A stretch of 64,000 nt of DNA, from the NCBI GenBank assembly GCA_963674735.2, contig CAXXQS010000001.1, positions 2,176,001-2,240,000 of the forward strand. Reading direction: 5' to 3'. Source of the DNA: Myxococcota bacterium. Its GTDB lineage: Bacteria > Myxococcota_A > SURF-8. Positions 39,018 through 49,113 of this stretch are shown in pieces. Each line of letters begins with the position of its first letter. Position 1 is the stretch's first letter. The position numbers and the translations under genes are program-made. The notes beneath the pieces were generated by a model. That model saw nothing but the letters and a program-made list of their open reading frames with translations, was not told where the DNA came from and did not search any database.

Positions 39018-42000
39018 ATGGCCATGCGTAACACAAACGCAAAGCTAAGCATTTGGGTTTTACTTATCGTTTTCCTTGCGATTTTCTCCGCTTGCGGCGG
39101 ATCGGGCGAAGATGATGAGCGTGATCGGGATAAGGACCCCGACGATGGGGATACGGATGATGAACTCACACCCGGATCCTGCGATGCGTCGTTCACACTC
39201 GATGCGTCGGACGACGAGACCGCACGCAAAGAATTTTTGCTCACATTTACGGTCGGCGATTGCAACGATATCGACGAAATCGGCGTCATGAACGGCGATC
39301 GCTTTTACAAGGCAACCGCCCTCACCGCCGACCGTTTTCGTCGCTACGTCCCGATGGAGGAAGGCACCAACGACCTTTCCGTTGTTTTGTGGGATTCCGG
39401 CAACCACGAATTTACCAGCGATTCCATCGAGGTTACCTATTCGCCGCAAGCCCCCCAAGCCACAGCTTCATCGGGATACATCCACGGAAGCGTCATCAAT
39501 GAAACCAGCCAAGCTCCCATCTCGGAGGCAACCGTCTATGTCCGTGATATCGATGGCGAAATGGAAAGTGACACAGAGGGACACTTTGTTTTCCCAACAC
39601 CCGGTACGGGACGCTTTCTCGTCACGGTGGAAAAAGACGGATTTACGTTGGGTCAGGCTTGGATCGGCGTCCGCACCCGCTCGCACGCCTCGCTGAAACC
39701 ACTTCACCTGGTTCCCTTAGACAGCAAAACAACCCGCATCACGGCAGCAGAGGGTGGTGAGATGGAGAACAGCAGCGGCGACATCACCATGTCGGTGCCA
39801 TCCGGGGCACTGAGGGCCGATGTCGATGTGTCCGGGTTGAGTTTTCCCAGTTATCGAAGCCTACCGGCCGAGCTACCCGATTCTTCCGGCTGGACTCAGG
39901 CGCTCGAATTGTTTCCGGAAGGTGTCCACTTCGATAAACCGGCGTTAGTGCGGCAAGAAAATATCAACGGCTTTCCTCCCGGATTCAAAGTTCCGGCCGG
40001 TTATTACAATCGCGATAAAGGCGCATGGGAACCGGAAGGGATGGCCACGGTCAGCGAGGACGGTCAGTGGCTGGAGTTCGAAGCCACTCATTTCTCTCCT
40101 TTCGACCTCAATCTGCCCATCAATCCGCGCGATCCGGCCGACAGTGAAACCGGAGACCAGGATGACTGTAACAAAGGCACGCGCGGTTCCTCGATCGTTG
40201 ATGATTTGGGAGGTCAGCTCACGCTGTACCACCCCATCAGCCGGTACATCGAACAAAACAACCCCCAGACTCTTTACCTCCAGTACAACAGCGGAGCCGC
40301 AGCCGGAGAAATCGATGTTCTGATCCCCATCATGGCCAACGGAGGCCAGGACGTTCAGCGCCTGGAGGCCGATCTCGGTTTCATGGGACATTATCGTCAC
40401 TTGGCGGGTGAAGCCGATGGCGGAGAAGGATACTGGGCCGGAGCCCGTTTCCCCACCGACACCCCGGATGGAAACCCGATTCCGAACGGACTGTATCCGG
40501 TGAGCTTCGACCTGACTAAATTCCAAACCTCCACCTACATGACCGCCGACTACTTCGGAGCTGGCGGTTTGAAAGATTCGGGCGTTCCCACCCGTGAAGC
40601 CCTGCCTTTCACATCACGCAAGGCGGTTCCGGCGCTGATCAACGACAGACGGGAAAGTCCATTCGGAGCCGGGTGGAGCCTGGACGTTATGGAAGAGCTG
40701 GTTTTCGATGAAGAAACCGGCTATGCCGTCTGGTACAGAGGCGACCGACGGCCGCTAGCACTACTCTCGGGACTCCCCACCGGCGATCCGATCGTCCTGG
40801 ACAATTTTGATTACTACGAAATCAAACAGCATGCCTATGATAATCAAGGACGGCTCTACATCCTGATGGAAAGCGGCGAGATCTACCGTGCTCCCTCGCG
40901 TGATCAGGTCGCATCCGCCACCTTGCTGGCGACGATTGAAGACACCGAATACCTCATTTTCAACGATTCCGACCTCTATGCCATGACGGATGACTCCGAA
41001 CTGATCAGCATTGACGAAGCGGGCGACACCACCTTGCTGTGGAACCTCAACGAAAAGTATGTCTTAGACCAGTTCTGGGGCACCGATGAACTCAGTTCGA
41101 TAAAAATGCTGTTTGTCGAAACGGGAGCCGTGATCGATCAAAACGGCTATCTGTGGGTTCTGGGCATCGATTCTCAAGTGGGGGAAAACCAAAGCAGTTT
41201 GTTACCACTGGTGATTCGCGTCGACATCAGCGGTAGCGCTCCGGTTTTCGAGTACTACCAGATCGCCCGGCTCAGCGACTGGTGGGGGCCGGTCAGTCTA
41301 AGTTACGACCGGGTGGAACACGCCCTGTATTACGTGTTTTATGGCGAAAGCCAGCTTCGACGCTTCGATATTCTGGGCCTCAATGAAAGTTTCATAACCT
41401 GGAACGACGACTTCAACACCGAATCCGAGGGCACACTCGTACGCGGATCGGGCAGCGACAGTTACTTTCTCAGTGAATACAAGCTCCTCCGCATATCTCC
41501 CGAAGGTCTCATCACCTCCCTGGCGCAGGACGAAATCGACCAGGCTTGGGCTTTCGGGATGGAAATCCGGCAAGTCGCCCTTCAACCCGATGGGACGGCC
41601 AGCTTCATCGCCGTCAACCAGGATGATGATGGAGTCTTGACCCAAGCGGATTACCAACGCGCAGTCGACATCGAAAAACTGATCGTCGCCACACGCTCGG
41701 ATAGCGGCGCAACATTGGCCGTGAGGGGTGAGACTCACACTTTCGACGCCGATGGCCGTATTGTGGCCGTTACGGACGCTCAGGGGCATAGTTCGTCCTA
41801 CACCTACGACGGCACCCACCTCGTCTCCTACACCAGCCCCCTCGGTCATACCACGACCTTCGACTATCCGAACCCGACCAGCACCGTGATTACCGACCCG
41901 GCAGGCGTGACGCGCAGTTTGTCACTAGATGCCCAAAACCACTTGACTCAAATCAGCGAATCCGGTGGCTCAACCCTTAATTTCAGCTACGATGCAAAGG

Positions 42001-44618
42001 GACATCTGATTCAACGTAGTGGAACAACCGGAACCATCGACTACAGCTTCGATGACAACGGATCCATCGAACAAATCGAGCTCGACACCGGAGAAGTCCG
42101 CAATTTCCGCAGTCCGATGCAATCCGCCTATCCCGACAAAATCGTCACCTCCGAGAACGCCTGCGCGGAAATGATCGACGGGGAAGACCATCTGCATGTA
42201 ACCTGCTACGGAGACAACGGCGAACCGGCCAGTTACAGTCTCAACGGTGAAACTCTAACCATTCAGCGGCAGTTCATTCCCATCCAGGGCGATCAGATCA
42301 TCACGATGAGCAGCGGTGACCAAGAAGCGGTACACACTCAGGTGGACAACCGAGGTCGGATTGTCGAACAGCGCTTGTGGGGAACGACCGTTCTACAGCA
42401 AAGTTTCGATGATGAATGGGGCGAATACGACTTGAGTTATTACGCGGAAGGCTGTTCGGTTGACTTTTACGACGACTATACAAGCTATTATTGCAACGGC
42501 GTCTCAACTTACATCTACCATGATGAAAACGGTTTTCCGACGGAAATCTGGGACGATCAGGACAATGTCTATACGATCACCTGCGATATGGCTGGAAACG
42601 TGACGAAAATCACCGATCCGGAGGATGGAGAAACGATACTGGTCCGTGACGATTTAGGCCGGATCGTCTCACGCACCGATCCCCTCAACCGTGAAACGAC
42701 TTATACCTACAATCCAGGTGGTGAAATGACCGGCCTGACGGATGACGCCGGTGCCAGTTTCAGCGCTGAAATCCAGCGAAGCGCCACCTGCGACGCCTGC
42801 GAAACCTCCGGCGTGGATATGCTGGGCACCATCACCGATCCTTTCGACGAAGATTGGAACGCGACCATTCGATCCGACGGTCGCATCGCGGCGCTGATCA
42901 TGCCCAACGGAAACCGGATAGATTACAATTACAACGGTAATCGACTGCTAAGTGGCGTCTCCGCAGCCGGACAGGAAGCGACACTCGACTACGATGGTCA
43001 TAACCAGCCAAGCAACATCACGCTCGGTGGCGTGAACACCGCTTATACGTACACGGCCCAAGAACGCTTGCACTCCGCCGAATCGACAGACTTTCTGCTG
43101 ACTCGAGACTGGGATCTGGAAAACCAGGTTGTGATAGAAAGCCTTACCGATAAAGCCACCGGCGACACACGTAACTTGACCATCGGTTTCGACCCGACCC
43201 AAGGTGTCGATACCTCTGTCACATTCGATGATGAAACCGTCTGGAATTTGGACTTCAATTACCTGGAAGACTGGGAACTGAGCGAAGAAGGCGGTGTCAG
43301 TATCGCGGTCAGCGCCCGAAACGGCATGTTTGAGGATATCTATATCGAAAATGGCGACGGCCAAACCGTCCTGCGCGAGAGCGTCTCATTCGATTCCCTG
43401 CAGCGCATCGAATGGATTTACGGCGAGACCCAGTCGGACTGGGCAACCCTCACCTACACCTATCCCGACGGAAGCAATCAGCCAAGCCGTGCGGAATGGG
43501 ACATCCCCGGCTTCGACAATTGGAGCTTCGGCTACAACGGCATGGGTCGGCTCACCTCCATGACCGGCTCCGCCAATCTGACTTACACTTACGATAAAGC
43601 CGGACGCCTGGCATCCAGCAACTACGCCGGGAGCTTGACTTACAACACAGCCTGGCAGGTTCTATCGAATTCACTCTACACATACACCTACGATGCTGCC
43701 GGTCGCCGAGCAACCCGCACGAACCTCGGAACAAGCGAATTTTGGCGCTACACCTACAACGCCTTCGATCAACTTGTAACGGTCGAGAAATTCGCGACTT
43801 CATCAGCAAGCAGCCCGACGTCCACCGTTTCGCTGGTTTACGATCCGATCGGTCGCCTGGCGCGAATCGATCAAGATGGTGACATCACGCAATATCAATG
43901 GTATGAATATACGCTCGTGGGCGAATACGACGGTTCGGGCGATTTGCTGCGCCGTTACATTCCGGCCTATCATTCGGACGGCCTGGCGGTTTTACAACAA
44001 GGCGGCCGAAATTATTACGCCCTGCTCGATCGTAACGGGTCGATACTGCGGCTTGTCAACGACAGCGGCCAAACACAGGCCTCGTATCGTTATGACGCAT
44101 ATGGCCGAGTGCTAGCCGCCTCCGGAACTTTGGCCCTGCAACCGCGCCGCTTTGCAGGAGCGTTGTGGCTGGAATCGGTTGGCTTGTATTACCTCCGCTT
44201 CCGCTATCTCGATCCCGAGATCGGCCAGTTCATCAGCCGGGATGCGAAGTGGAAACTGAAACTTGAACCTTACATGTACTGCGATGGCCGTCCATTCCGC
44301 TGCACCGATCCTTTGGGTCTGGAAGGCGAAGCCAGCCAAGCCGGAAACTTGGCTCGTGGATCGATCTGGACTTCAGCCAAAGCGGCAGCGGGACCGGTGG
44401 GTAACATCATCGATTTGGGCGAAGGCTTGAGCGGCTACAGACCCGGCGATCGTCGCCATAACGCCAGCCACGGCATGCGAAAGGTGGCCAGCATCACGTT
44501 TTTAGATAAAAGCCCGACCTATCGTCGCGCGATGGACAACATGGACAGCTTCTTCAACTTATTCGATGATGACGACGACGATGATGACGACGATGACGAG
44601 GATGACCCCTGCGATTAG
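39018..44618 (+). CDS. Lipoprotein-anchored teneurin-like RHS/YD-repeat protein
   Basis: Lipobox FSAC; carboxypeptidase-regulatory domain; ZU5-like region ending THFS; PFGAGWSL; propeller-like region; YD repeats; RHS core YRYDAYG...RYLDPEIGQFISRD...DPLGL; 98-aa C-terminal extension. Confidence 0.88.
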   Translation: MAMRNTNAKLSIWVLLIVFLAIFSACGGSGEDDERDRDKDPDDGDTDDELTPGSCDASFTLDASDDETARKEFLLTFTVGDCNDIDEIGVMNGDRFYKATALTADRFRRYVPMEEGTNDLSVVLWDSGNHEFTSDSIEVTYSPQAPQATASSGYIHGSVINETSQAPISEATVYVRDIDGEMESDTEGHFVFPTPGTGRFLVTVEKDGFTLGQAWIGVRTRSHASLKPLHLVPLDSKTTRITAAEGGEMENSSGDITMSVPSGALRADVDVSGLSFPSYRSLPAELPDSSGWTQALELFPEGVHFDKPALVRQENINGFPPGFKVPAGYYNRDKGAWEPEGMATVSEDGQWLEFEATHFSPFDLNLPINPRDPADSETGDQDDCNKGTRGSSIVDDLGGQLTLYHPISRYIEQNNPQTLYLQYNSGAAAGEIDVLIPIMANGGQDVQRLEADLGFMGHYRHLAGEADGGEGYWAGARFPTDTPDGNPIPNGLYPVSFDLTKFQTSTYMTADYFGAGGLKDSGVPTREALPFTSRKAVPALINDRRESPFGAGWSLDVMEELVFDEETGYAVWYRGDRRPLALLSGLPTGDPIVLDNFDYYEIKQHAYDNQGRLYILMESGEIYRAPSRDQVASATLLATIEDTEYLIFNDSDLYAMTDDSELISIDEAGDTTLLWNLNEKYVLDQFWGTDELSSIKMLFVETGAVIDQNGYLWVLGIDSQVGENQSSLLPLVIRVDISGSAPVFEYYQIARLSDWWGPVSLSYDRVEHALYYVFYGESQLRRFDILGLNESFITWNDDFNTESEGTLVRGSGSDSYFLSEYKLLRISPEGLITSLAQDEIDQAWAFGMEIRQVALQPDGTASFIAVNQDDDGVLTQADYQRAVDIEKLIVATRSDSGATLAVRGETHTFDADGRIVAVTDAQGHSSSYTYDGTHLVSYTSPLGHTTTFDYPNPTSTVITDPAGVTRSLSLDAQNHLTQISESGGSTLNFSYDAKGHLIQRSGTTGTIDYSFDDNGSIEQIELDTGEVRNFRSPMQSAYPDKIVTSENACAEMIDGEDHLHVTCYGDNGEPASYSLNGETLTIQRQFIPIQGDQIITMSSGDQEAVHTQVDNRGRIVEQRLWGTTVLQQSFDDEWGEYDLSYYAEGCSVDFYDDYTSYYCNGVSTYIYHDENGFPTEIWDDQDNVYTITCDMAGNVTKITDPEDGETILVRDDLGRIVSRTDPLNRETTYTYNPGGEMTGLTDDAGASFSAEIQRSATCDACETSGVDMLGTITDPFDEDWNATIRSDGRIAALIMPNGNRIDYNYNGNRLLSGVSAAGQEATLDYDGHNQPSNITLGGVNTAYTYTAQERLHSAESTDFLLTRDWDLENQVVIESLTDKATGDTRNLTIGFDPTQGVDTSVTFDDETVWNLDFNYLEDWELSEEGGVSIAVSARNGMFEDIYIENGDGQTVLRESVSFDSLQRIEWIYGETQSDWATLTYTYPDGSNQPSRAEWDIPGFDNWSFGYNGMGRLTSMTGSANLTYTYDKAGRLASSNYAGSLTYNTAWQVLSNSLYTYTYDAAGRRATRTNLGTSEFWRYTYNAFDQLVTVEKFATSSASSPTSTVSLVYDPIGRLARIDQDGDITQYQWYEYTLVGEYDGSGDLLRRYIPAYHSDGLAVLQQGGRNYYALLDRNGSILRLVNDSGQTQASYRYDAYGRVLAASGTLALQPRRFAGALWLESVGLYYLRFRYLDPEIGQFISRDAKWKLKLEPYMYCDGRPFRCTDPLGLEGEASQAGNLARGSIWTSAKAAAGPVGNIIDLGEGLSGYRPGDRRHNASHGMRKVASITFLDKSPTYRRAMDNMDSFFNLFDDDDDDDDDDDEDDPCD
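44565..44606 (+). repeat. GAT/GAC trinucleotide tract encoding D11-E-D-D
   Basis: Seen directly; mixed synonymous codons. Confidence 0.9.
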
Positions 44619-44678
44619 CACCGCGTTCTCGCCAAAACGGTAGCATTGGAGTTCTTGAGCAACAACAGGATGTAATCG

Positions 44679-46805
44679 ATGGATTGGCCGCAATCGGCTT
44701 CCGGGCACCCGGATCATAGACAAAACGGGTTCTATCTCGTCCTTTTGGCGGCCCTTCCCTTTCTCATCTTCGCGGATGCTCTTTTTTCGCCTTTAAAAGC
44801 CATTGGCGGCGATAATCTGCAGTTATACTGGCCCGACCTGGTCTATTTGTTCAACAGCCTGCGCGACGGCCACTTTCCGCTCTGGGATCCCTACGAACGC
44901 GCCGGAGATCCGTTTATCAGCGACCCGCAAAACGGAATCTTTTATCCGCTCAACTATCTGTTCATCGCCGCAGCCATGCTTTTGGGAAAGCTTTCGTTTA
45001 CCTTGCAGGAAATCAAGGTTCTCGTGCATCTTGCCATCGCGGGGACGGGGATGTTCGTGTTTTTGCAGCGCAAACTGAAACTCGCCCCCAGCGCCGCCTT
45101 CATCGGCGCTCTCGTGTTTCTTCTACAGCCCTATTTTGCCGGACACATTCGCCATATCCTGCTTCTCCCCGCCGCTTACCTGCCCTGGATTCTGTTCACC
45201 TTGCACGCCATGCGTCACCAAGACTCTTTCCGCGCGCTCGGTGCGTTCAGCCTTCTATGCGGCATCGTCCTGGTGGCCGGAAGCCCGCCGGGAGCATGGT
45301 ATACGTTGTTGTTCGCGGCTTTGTATGCGCTCTTTCTGCTGAGCCAACCCTCACCCGTCATCGGCCGTTTGCGCTTTGTTGGAATGGGGATTTGCGGCCT
45401 CCTGTGCGCCTTAATGATCAGCTGTGTGGTCTGGCTTCCGGCTTTGCAACACATTCCGTTCTCGGTCGTCGAAAACCGCAGTTTCGACTACCTTTCCAGC
45501 ATGAGCCTACGGCTGCACGAACTAAAGCATCTCGTCATCGCCGGCCCCACCAGTGAAGAGCGCTGGGTGTATATCGGCTTTGTACCGGTTCTACTGGCGC
45601 TGGGCGCTTGTGTTCAACGACGATTACGCCATCAAGTTTTGTTCTGGTGGCTAGTGGCCACCTTCTTTCTGCTGGTCCTGGTAGGCCGCGAGCTTCCCGC
45701 TTTTCGCGTTTTAAGCGCTTTGCCGGGATTCGACCTCTTCCGCCACCCAGTGCGTTATATCCTCCTTCCCGGAGCGGCTCTGTCCATCTTGGCGGGTATC
45801 GGTCTGGATACCCTGCAAAAGGCGCTGTACTCACGCCTCAATCCTGTTTCGGTTTCGGCACGGATGGCAAGATGGGGAATCCCGATCGGCGTCTCGGTCC
45901 TGATCATGGCAACATTGGCCCCTCCCATGCGCACCATCGGCCTGCAAACCCTCAAGCAGTCGCCCAGCGCCACCAATGCAAAAGCGATTGAAATGAACGG
46001 CCTCGCCAGAGATTGGAGAATGCTGGACGAAGGGTACATCAGCAACGGTCCGGGCGACCGCCTGTCGCTGAGAGATTTCAGGGGATATGCCACGAATTTC
46101 GTGTATTTCCGCTGGGCTAAAGTCCGACAGGCGATGAGGCACCGTCCGGAATTGCTCAGTTTGTACAATGTCCGCTACTACGGTCCTCATCCAACCGATT
46201 TTCACGCCACGGTTCCTCGTATCGGGAACAAACCTGGTTGGAGCCTCAAATCTCCCGGTCTTTACGAAAACCCCACCGCCTGGCCCGCCGCGTTCTGGAC
46301 ACCGGCTGCCAGACTGGTCAGAGACCACAAGCAAGCTCTGCAACAACTTAAATATACAAAGACTTTCTCGGCTGAAGCCATTCTGGAACGCAACCAGCTC
46401 CCGTCGAGCGACATCCCTCAACCCCTACTCTCTCATACAAAAAAGAAAAGCCCCGAACCTGTTACGATCAAACCGGCCAAAATCATCTCGTTGTCATCCA
46501 ATATGGCCGATGTTGAAGTCAACGCCGCTTCAGTCGGGCTGTTGATCGTCAACGAAACCTGGTATCCCGGTTGGACAGCTTGGCTAGGCGAACGAAAATT
46601 GGAAGTCTTTCCGGCTAATTACCTGCAGCGAGCAGTCGTTGTCCCGGCGGGTCGACACCGAGTCCACTTCGAATTCCAACCTGATAACCTGACCGCGACT
46701 CTGATTATCAGTGTGCTGGGTCTCTTAGCCGCAATCTTGCTGCTTTTCATGGGAAAGAGATTCCATTCGGCGAAAATTCAGTCTTCCATGCACGTGTCCC
46801 GTTAG
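44679..46805 (+). CDS. YfhO family membrane protein (GT-C-type glycosyltransferase-like)
   Basis: PLWDPY..AGDPF..DPQ..FYP; many TM helices; WYPGWTA and ANYLQRAV C-terminal motifs. Confidence 0.85.
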   Translation: MDWPQSASGHPDHRQNGFYLVLLAALPFLIFADALFSPLKAIGGDNLQLYWPDLVYLFNSLRDGHFPLWDPYERAGDPFISDPQNGIFYPLNYLFIAAAMLLGKLSFTLQEIKVLVHLAIAGTGMFVFLQRKLKLAPSAAFIGALVFLLQPYFAGHIRHILLLPAAYLPWILFTLHAMRHQDSFRALGAFSLLCGIVLVAGSPPGAWYTLLFAALYALFLLSQPSPVIGRLRFVGMGICGLLCALMISCVVWLPALQHIPFSVVENRSFDYLSSMSLRLHELKHLVIAGPTSEERWVYIGFVPVLLALGACVQRRLRHQVLFWWLVATFFLLVLVGRELPAFRVLSALPGFDLFRHPVRYILLPGAALSILAGIGLDTLQKALYSRLNPVSVSARMARWGIPIGVSVLIMATLAPPMRTIGLQTLKQSPSATNAKAIEMNGLARDWRMLDEGYISNGPGDRLSLRDFRGYATNFVYFRWAKVRQAMRHRPELLSLYNVRYYGPHPTDFHATVPRIGNKPGWSLKSPGLYENPTAWPAAFWTPAARLVRDHKQALQQLKYTKTFSAEAILERNQLPSSDIPQPLLSHTKKKSPEPVTIKPAKIISLSSNMADVEVNAASVGLLIVNETWYPGWTAWLGERKLEVFPANYLQRAVVVPAGRHRVHFEFQPDNLTATLIISVLGLLAAILLLFMGKRFHSAKIQSSMHVSR

Positions 46806-46880
46806 CTTCATTTGACCGACCCTCCTACTTTCTGTTATTCTGGGTGTTCTGCAGTATAACCGGTCAAGGAGACGGCAAGC

Positions 46881-49028
46881 ATGAATGCAAGGCGACGATG
46901 GCGGTCAACTGTCGTATTCAGTTTGATGACCATCGTCCTCGCCGTGATGTGCCTGAACTGCTCAAGAAACGCGTCTTCCGAAGACCAGAAGACAAGCGAT
47001 AGCGATTCGAATCCTTCCCAATTAGCCAAACCAATGTACGTTGCAAAGGGAGATCTCGCGGATATCCTGGCCCGCGATGAACTTCGCGTTCTGATCCCCA
47101 AACGTAACAATCGGCGTTTTCTGCCTCGCGGCGGTCTCCCTATCGAGGCCGAAATGGAGCTGGTCGAATCGTTTGCCAAAACCCAAGGCATTCAAATTGA
47201 ATGGATTCATACCGACAATCATCGCGATCTTTTACCCAACTTACTCGCAGGTAAAGGAGACCTGGTAGCCGCATCGTTGACGGTGACACCGGCACGAAAA
47301 GAAAAAGTCGCATTCTCCGTTCCGACGGCCGTCATCAAGGAACAGGTTGTCGTACGAGCGAACGACCCTAACCCACCCAAATCCATAGAGGAACTGGTCG
47401 GTCGCCAAATTGCGGTGCGACGATCCTCATCCTATTGGGACACCTTGACGGAGTTGAAGAAAACCCATCCGGGCCTTCGCTTCGGCGCCGTTCCGGAAAC
47501 AATCGATACGCAAGAAATCCTCGGTGGCGTCTCCTCGGGTAAATATGATATCACCATTGCCGACAACAACCTGCTTCGCGCCGTAATGGCCTATGATTAC
47601 AACCTAAAGCCGTCGTTCGATCTCTCCGGAGAACGCGCTACGGCCTGGGCTGTGCGCCCGGATGCCCCTGAGTTGCTCAAAGCACTTGACCGCTTTCTGA
47701 ATCGCGAAAAGCTTGCGACTCACTCACCCAAACGATATCGAGACGACTTTCCGCAGCTTCTACAAAGAAAGACCTTGCGCCTGATCACACGAAACAGCGC
47801 CGCCACTTATTTCCTATGGCGCGGTAAACTGCTCGGCTTCGAATATGAATTGATTCGACGTTTCGCCAAAAAACATGGCATGCGCGTCGAAGTGGTCGTC
47901 CCCCCGGCCCGTGGTGATTTAATCCCCTGGCTGACAGAAGGACGGGGAGACCTCATCGCAGCCGCCATGACGGTAACCGACGAACGCCGGAAGCTCGAAT
48001 CGATTGCACCGACAACACCTTACAACATGGTTTCGGAGATTTTAGTCGCTCGTGCCGATGATGCCAAAAAAATCCAGTCTTTAAAAGACCTCGAAGACCG
48101 AAAGATCGTGGTCCGGCGCAGCTCCAGTTATTGGTCCACACTCGAAAAGCTGAAATCGGAAGGCGCGGGATTCCGGTTGGTTCAGGCTCCGGAAGAACTC
48201 GAAACCGAGGAAATCATCGCACGTGTAGCAAGCGGAGAATACGATCTGACCCTGGCGGATAGCCATATCCTGGATATCGAACTAACTTGGCGCAGCGATG
48301 TCGACGCCGCGTTCCCACTCGGCGACCCGGTTCCGCAAGCTTGGTTCGTTCGCGCCGATAACCCGCAACTACTTGCCGCATTAAACCGATTTATTTCCGA
48401 AGAATACAAGCAAACGACTTACAACATTCTCTACAAAAAATATTTCAAGAATCAGCGCAAAATCCGTAAACACATTCAGTTTCGCGCGAAATCGGTCGGT
48501 CAGCTTTCCCCATATGACGATCTGGTCAAGAAATTTGCGGCCCGTTACGGTTTCGATTGGCGCTTGATCGTGGCTCAGATGTTCGAGGAAAGTCAGTTCG
48601 ACCCCAACGCCCAGTCCTTCGCCGGAGCGGTCGGCCTGATGCAAGTCCTTCCTCGCACCGGCCGCCAATATGGATTCAAGAATCTGCATCACCCCGAGAC
48701 CTCTATTCACGCCGGAACACGATATCTGGCCTATCTACGCGATAGGCTGGACAGCGAGTTATCTGTCAAAGATCGCATGTGGATGGCCTTGGCCGCCTAC
48801 AATGCCGGATATGGACATCTATTTGACGCTCGCCGTATCGCAGAGCAAAAAGGATGGAACCCCAACCGCTGGTTCGATCATGTCGAAAAAGCGATGCTGC
48901 TGTTGTCCCGGCCCGCTTACGCCCGCCGCAGTCGCTACGGCTATGCACGCGGCCATGAAACCGTTCGTTATATCAGAGAAATACGACGACGCTATAATGC
49001 CTACCTGAACGCTGCACCCGTCGATTAG
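46881..49028 (+). CDS. mltF: MltF-type lytic murein transglycosylase with tandem substrate-binding domains
   Basis: Two PBP2-like repeats (GDL..A..TVT, RRSSSYW) plus SLT domain (EESQF, GLMQV, AAYNAG, ET..Y). Confidence 0.85.
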   Translation: MNARRRWRSTVVFSLMTIVLAVMCLNCSRNASSEDQKTSDSDSNPSQLAKPMYVAKGDLADILARDELRVLIPKRNNRRFLPRGGLPIEAEMELVESFAKTQGIQIEWIHTDNHRDLLPNLLAGKGDLVAASLTVTPARKEKVAFSVPTAVIKEQVVVRANDPNPPKSIEELVGRQIAVRRSSSYWDTLTELKKTHPGLRFGAVPETIDTQEILGGVSSGKYDITIADNNLLRAVMAYDYNLKPSFDLSGERATAWAVRPDAPELLKALDRFLNREKLATHSPKRYRDDFPQLLQRKTLRLITRNSAATYFLWRGKLLGFEYELIRRFAKKHGMRVEVVVPPARGDLIPWLTEGRGDLIAAAMTVTDERRKLESIAPTTPYNMVSEILVARADDAKKIQSLKDLEDRKIVVRRSSSYWSTLEKLKSEGAGFRLVQAPEELETEEIIARVASGEYDLTLADSHILDIELTWRSDVDAAFPLGDPVPQAWFVRADNPQLLAALNRFISEEYKQTTYNILYKKYFKNQRKIRKHIQFRAKSVGQLSPYDDLVKKFAARYGFDWRLIVAQMFEESQFDPNAQSFAGAVGLMQVLPRTGRQYGFKNLHHPETSIHAGTRYLAYLRDRLDSELSVKDRMWMALAAYNAGYGHLFDARRIAEQKGWNPNRWFDHVEKAMLLLSRPAYARRSRYGYARGHETVRYIREIRRRYNAYLNAAPVD

Positions 49029-49113
49029 TCGCTCTTCTTTTCGGAATGATCCATCTTCGTAATCCATCTGTTTGACAGCGATGAGCCTGAACGACAAGAA
49101 AAGGGAGGTCGGC

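Noticed and set aside
41700-44300. YD repeats as DNA tandem repeats or a CRISPR-like array
   Set aside because: The repetition is only at the protein level; there are no identical nucleotide repeats with spacers.
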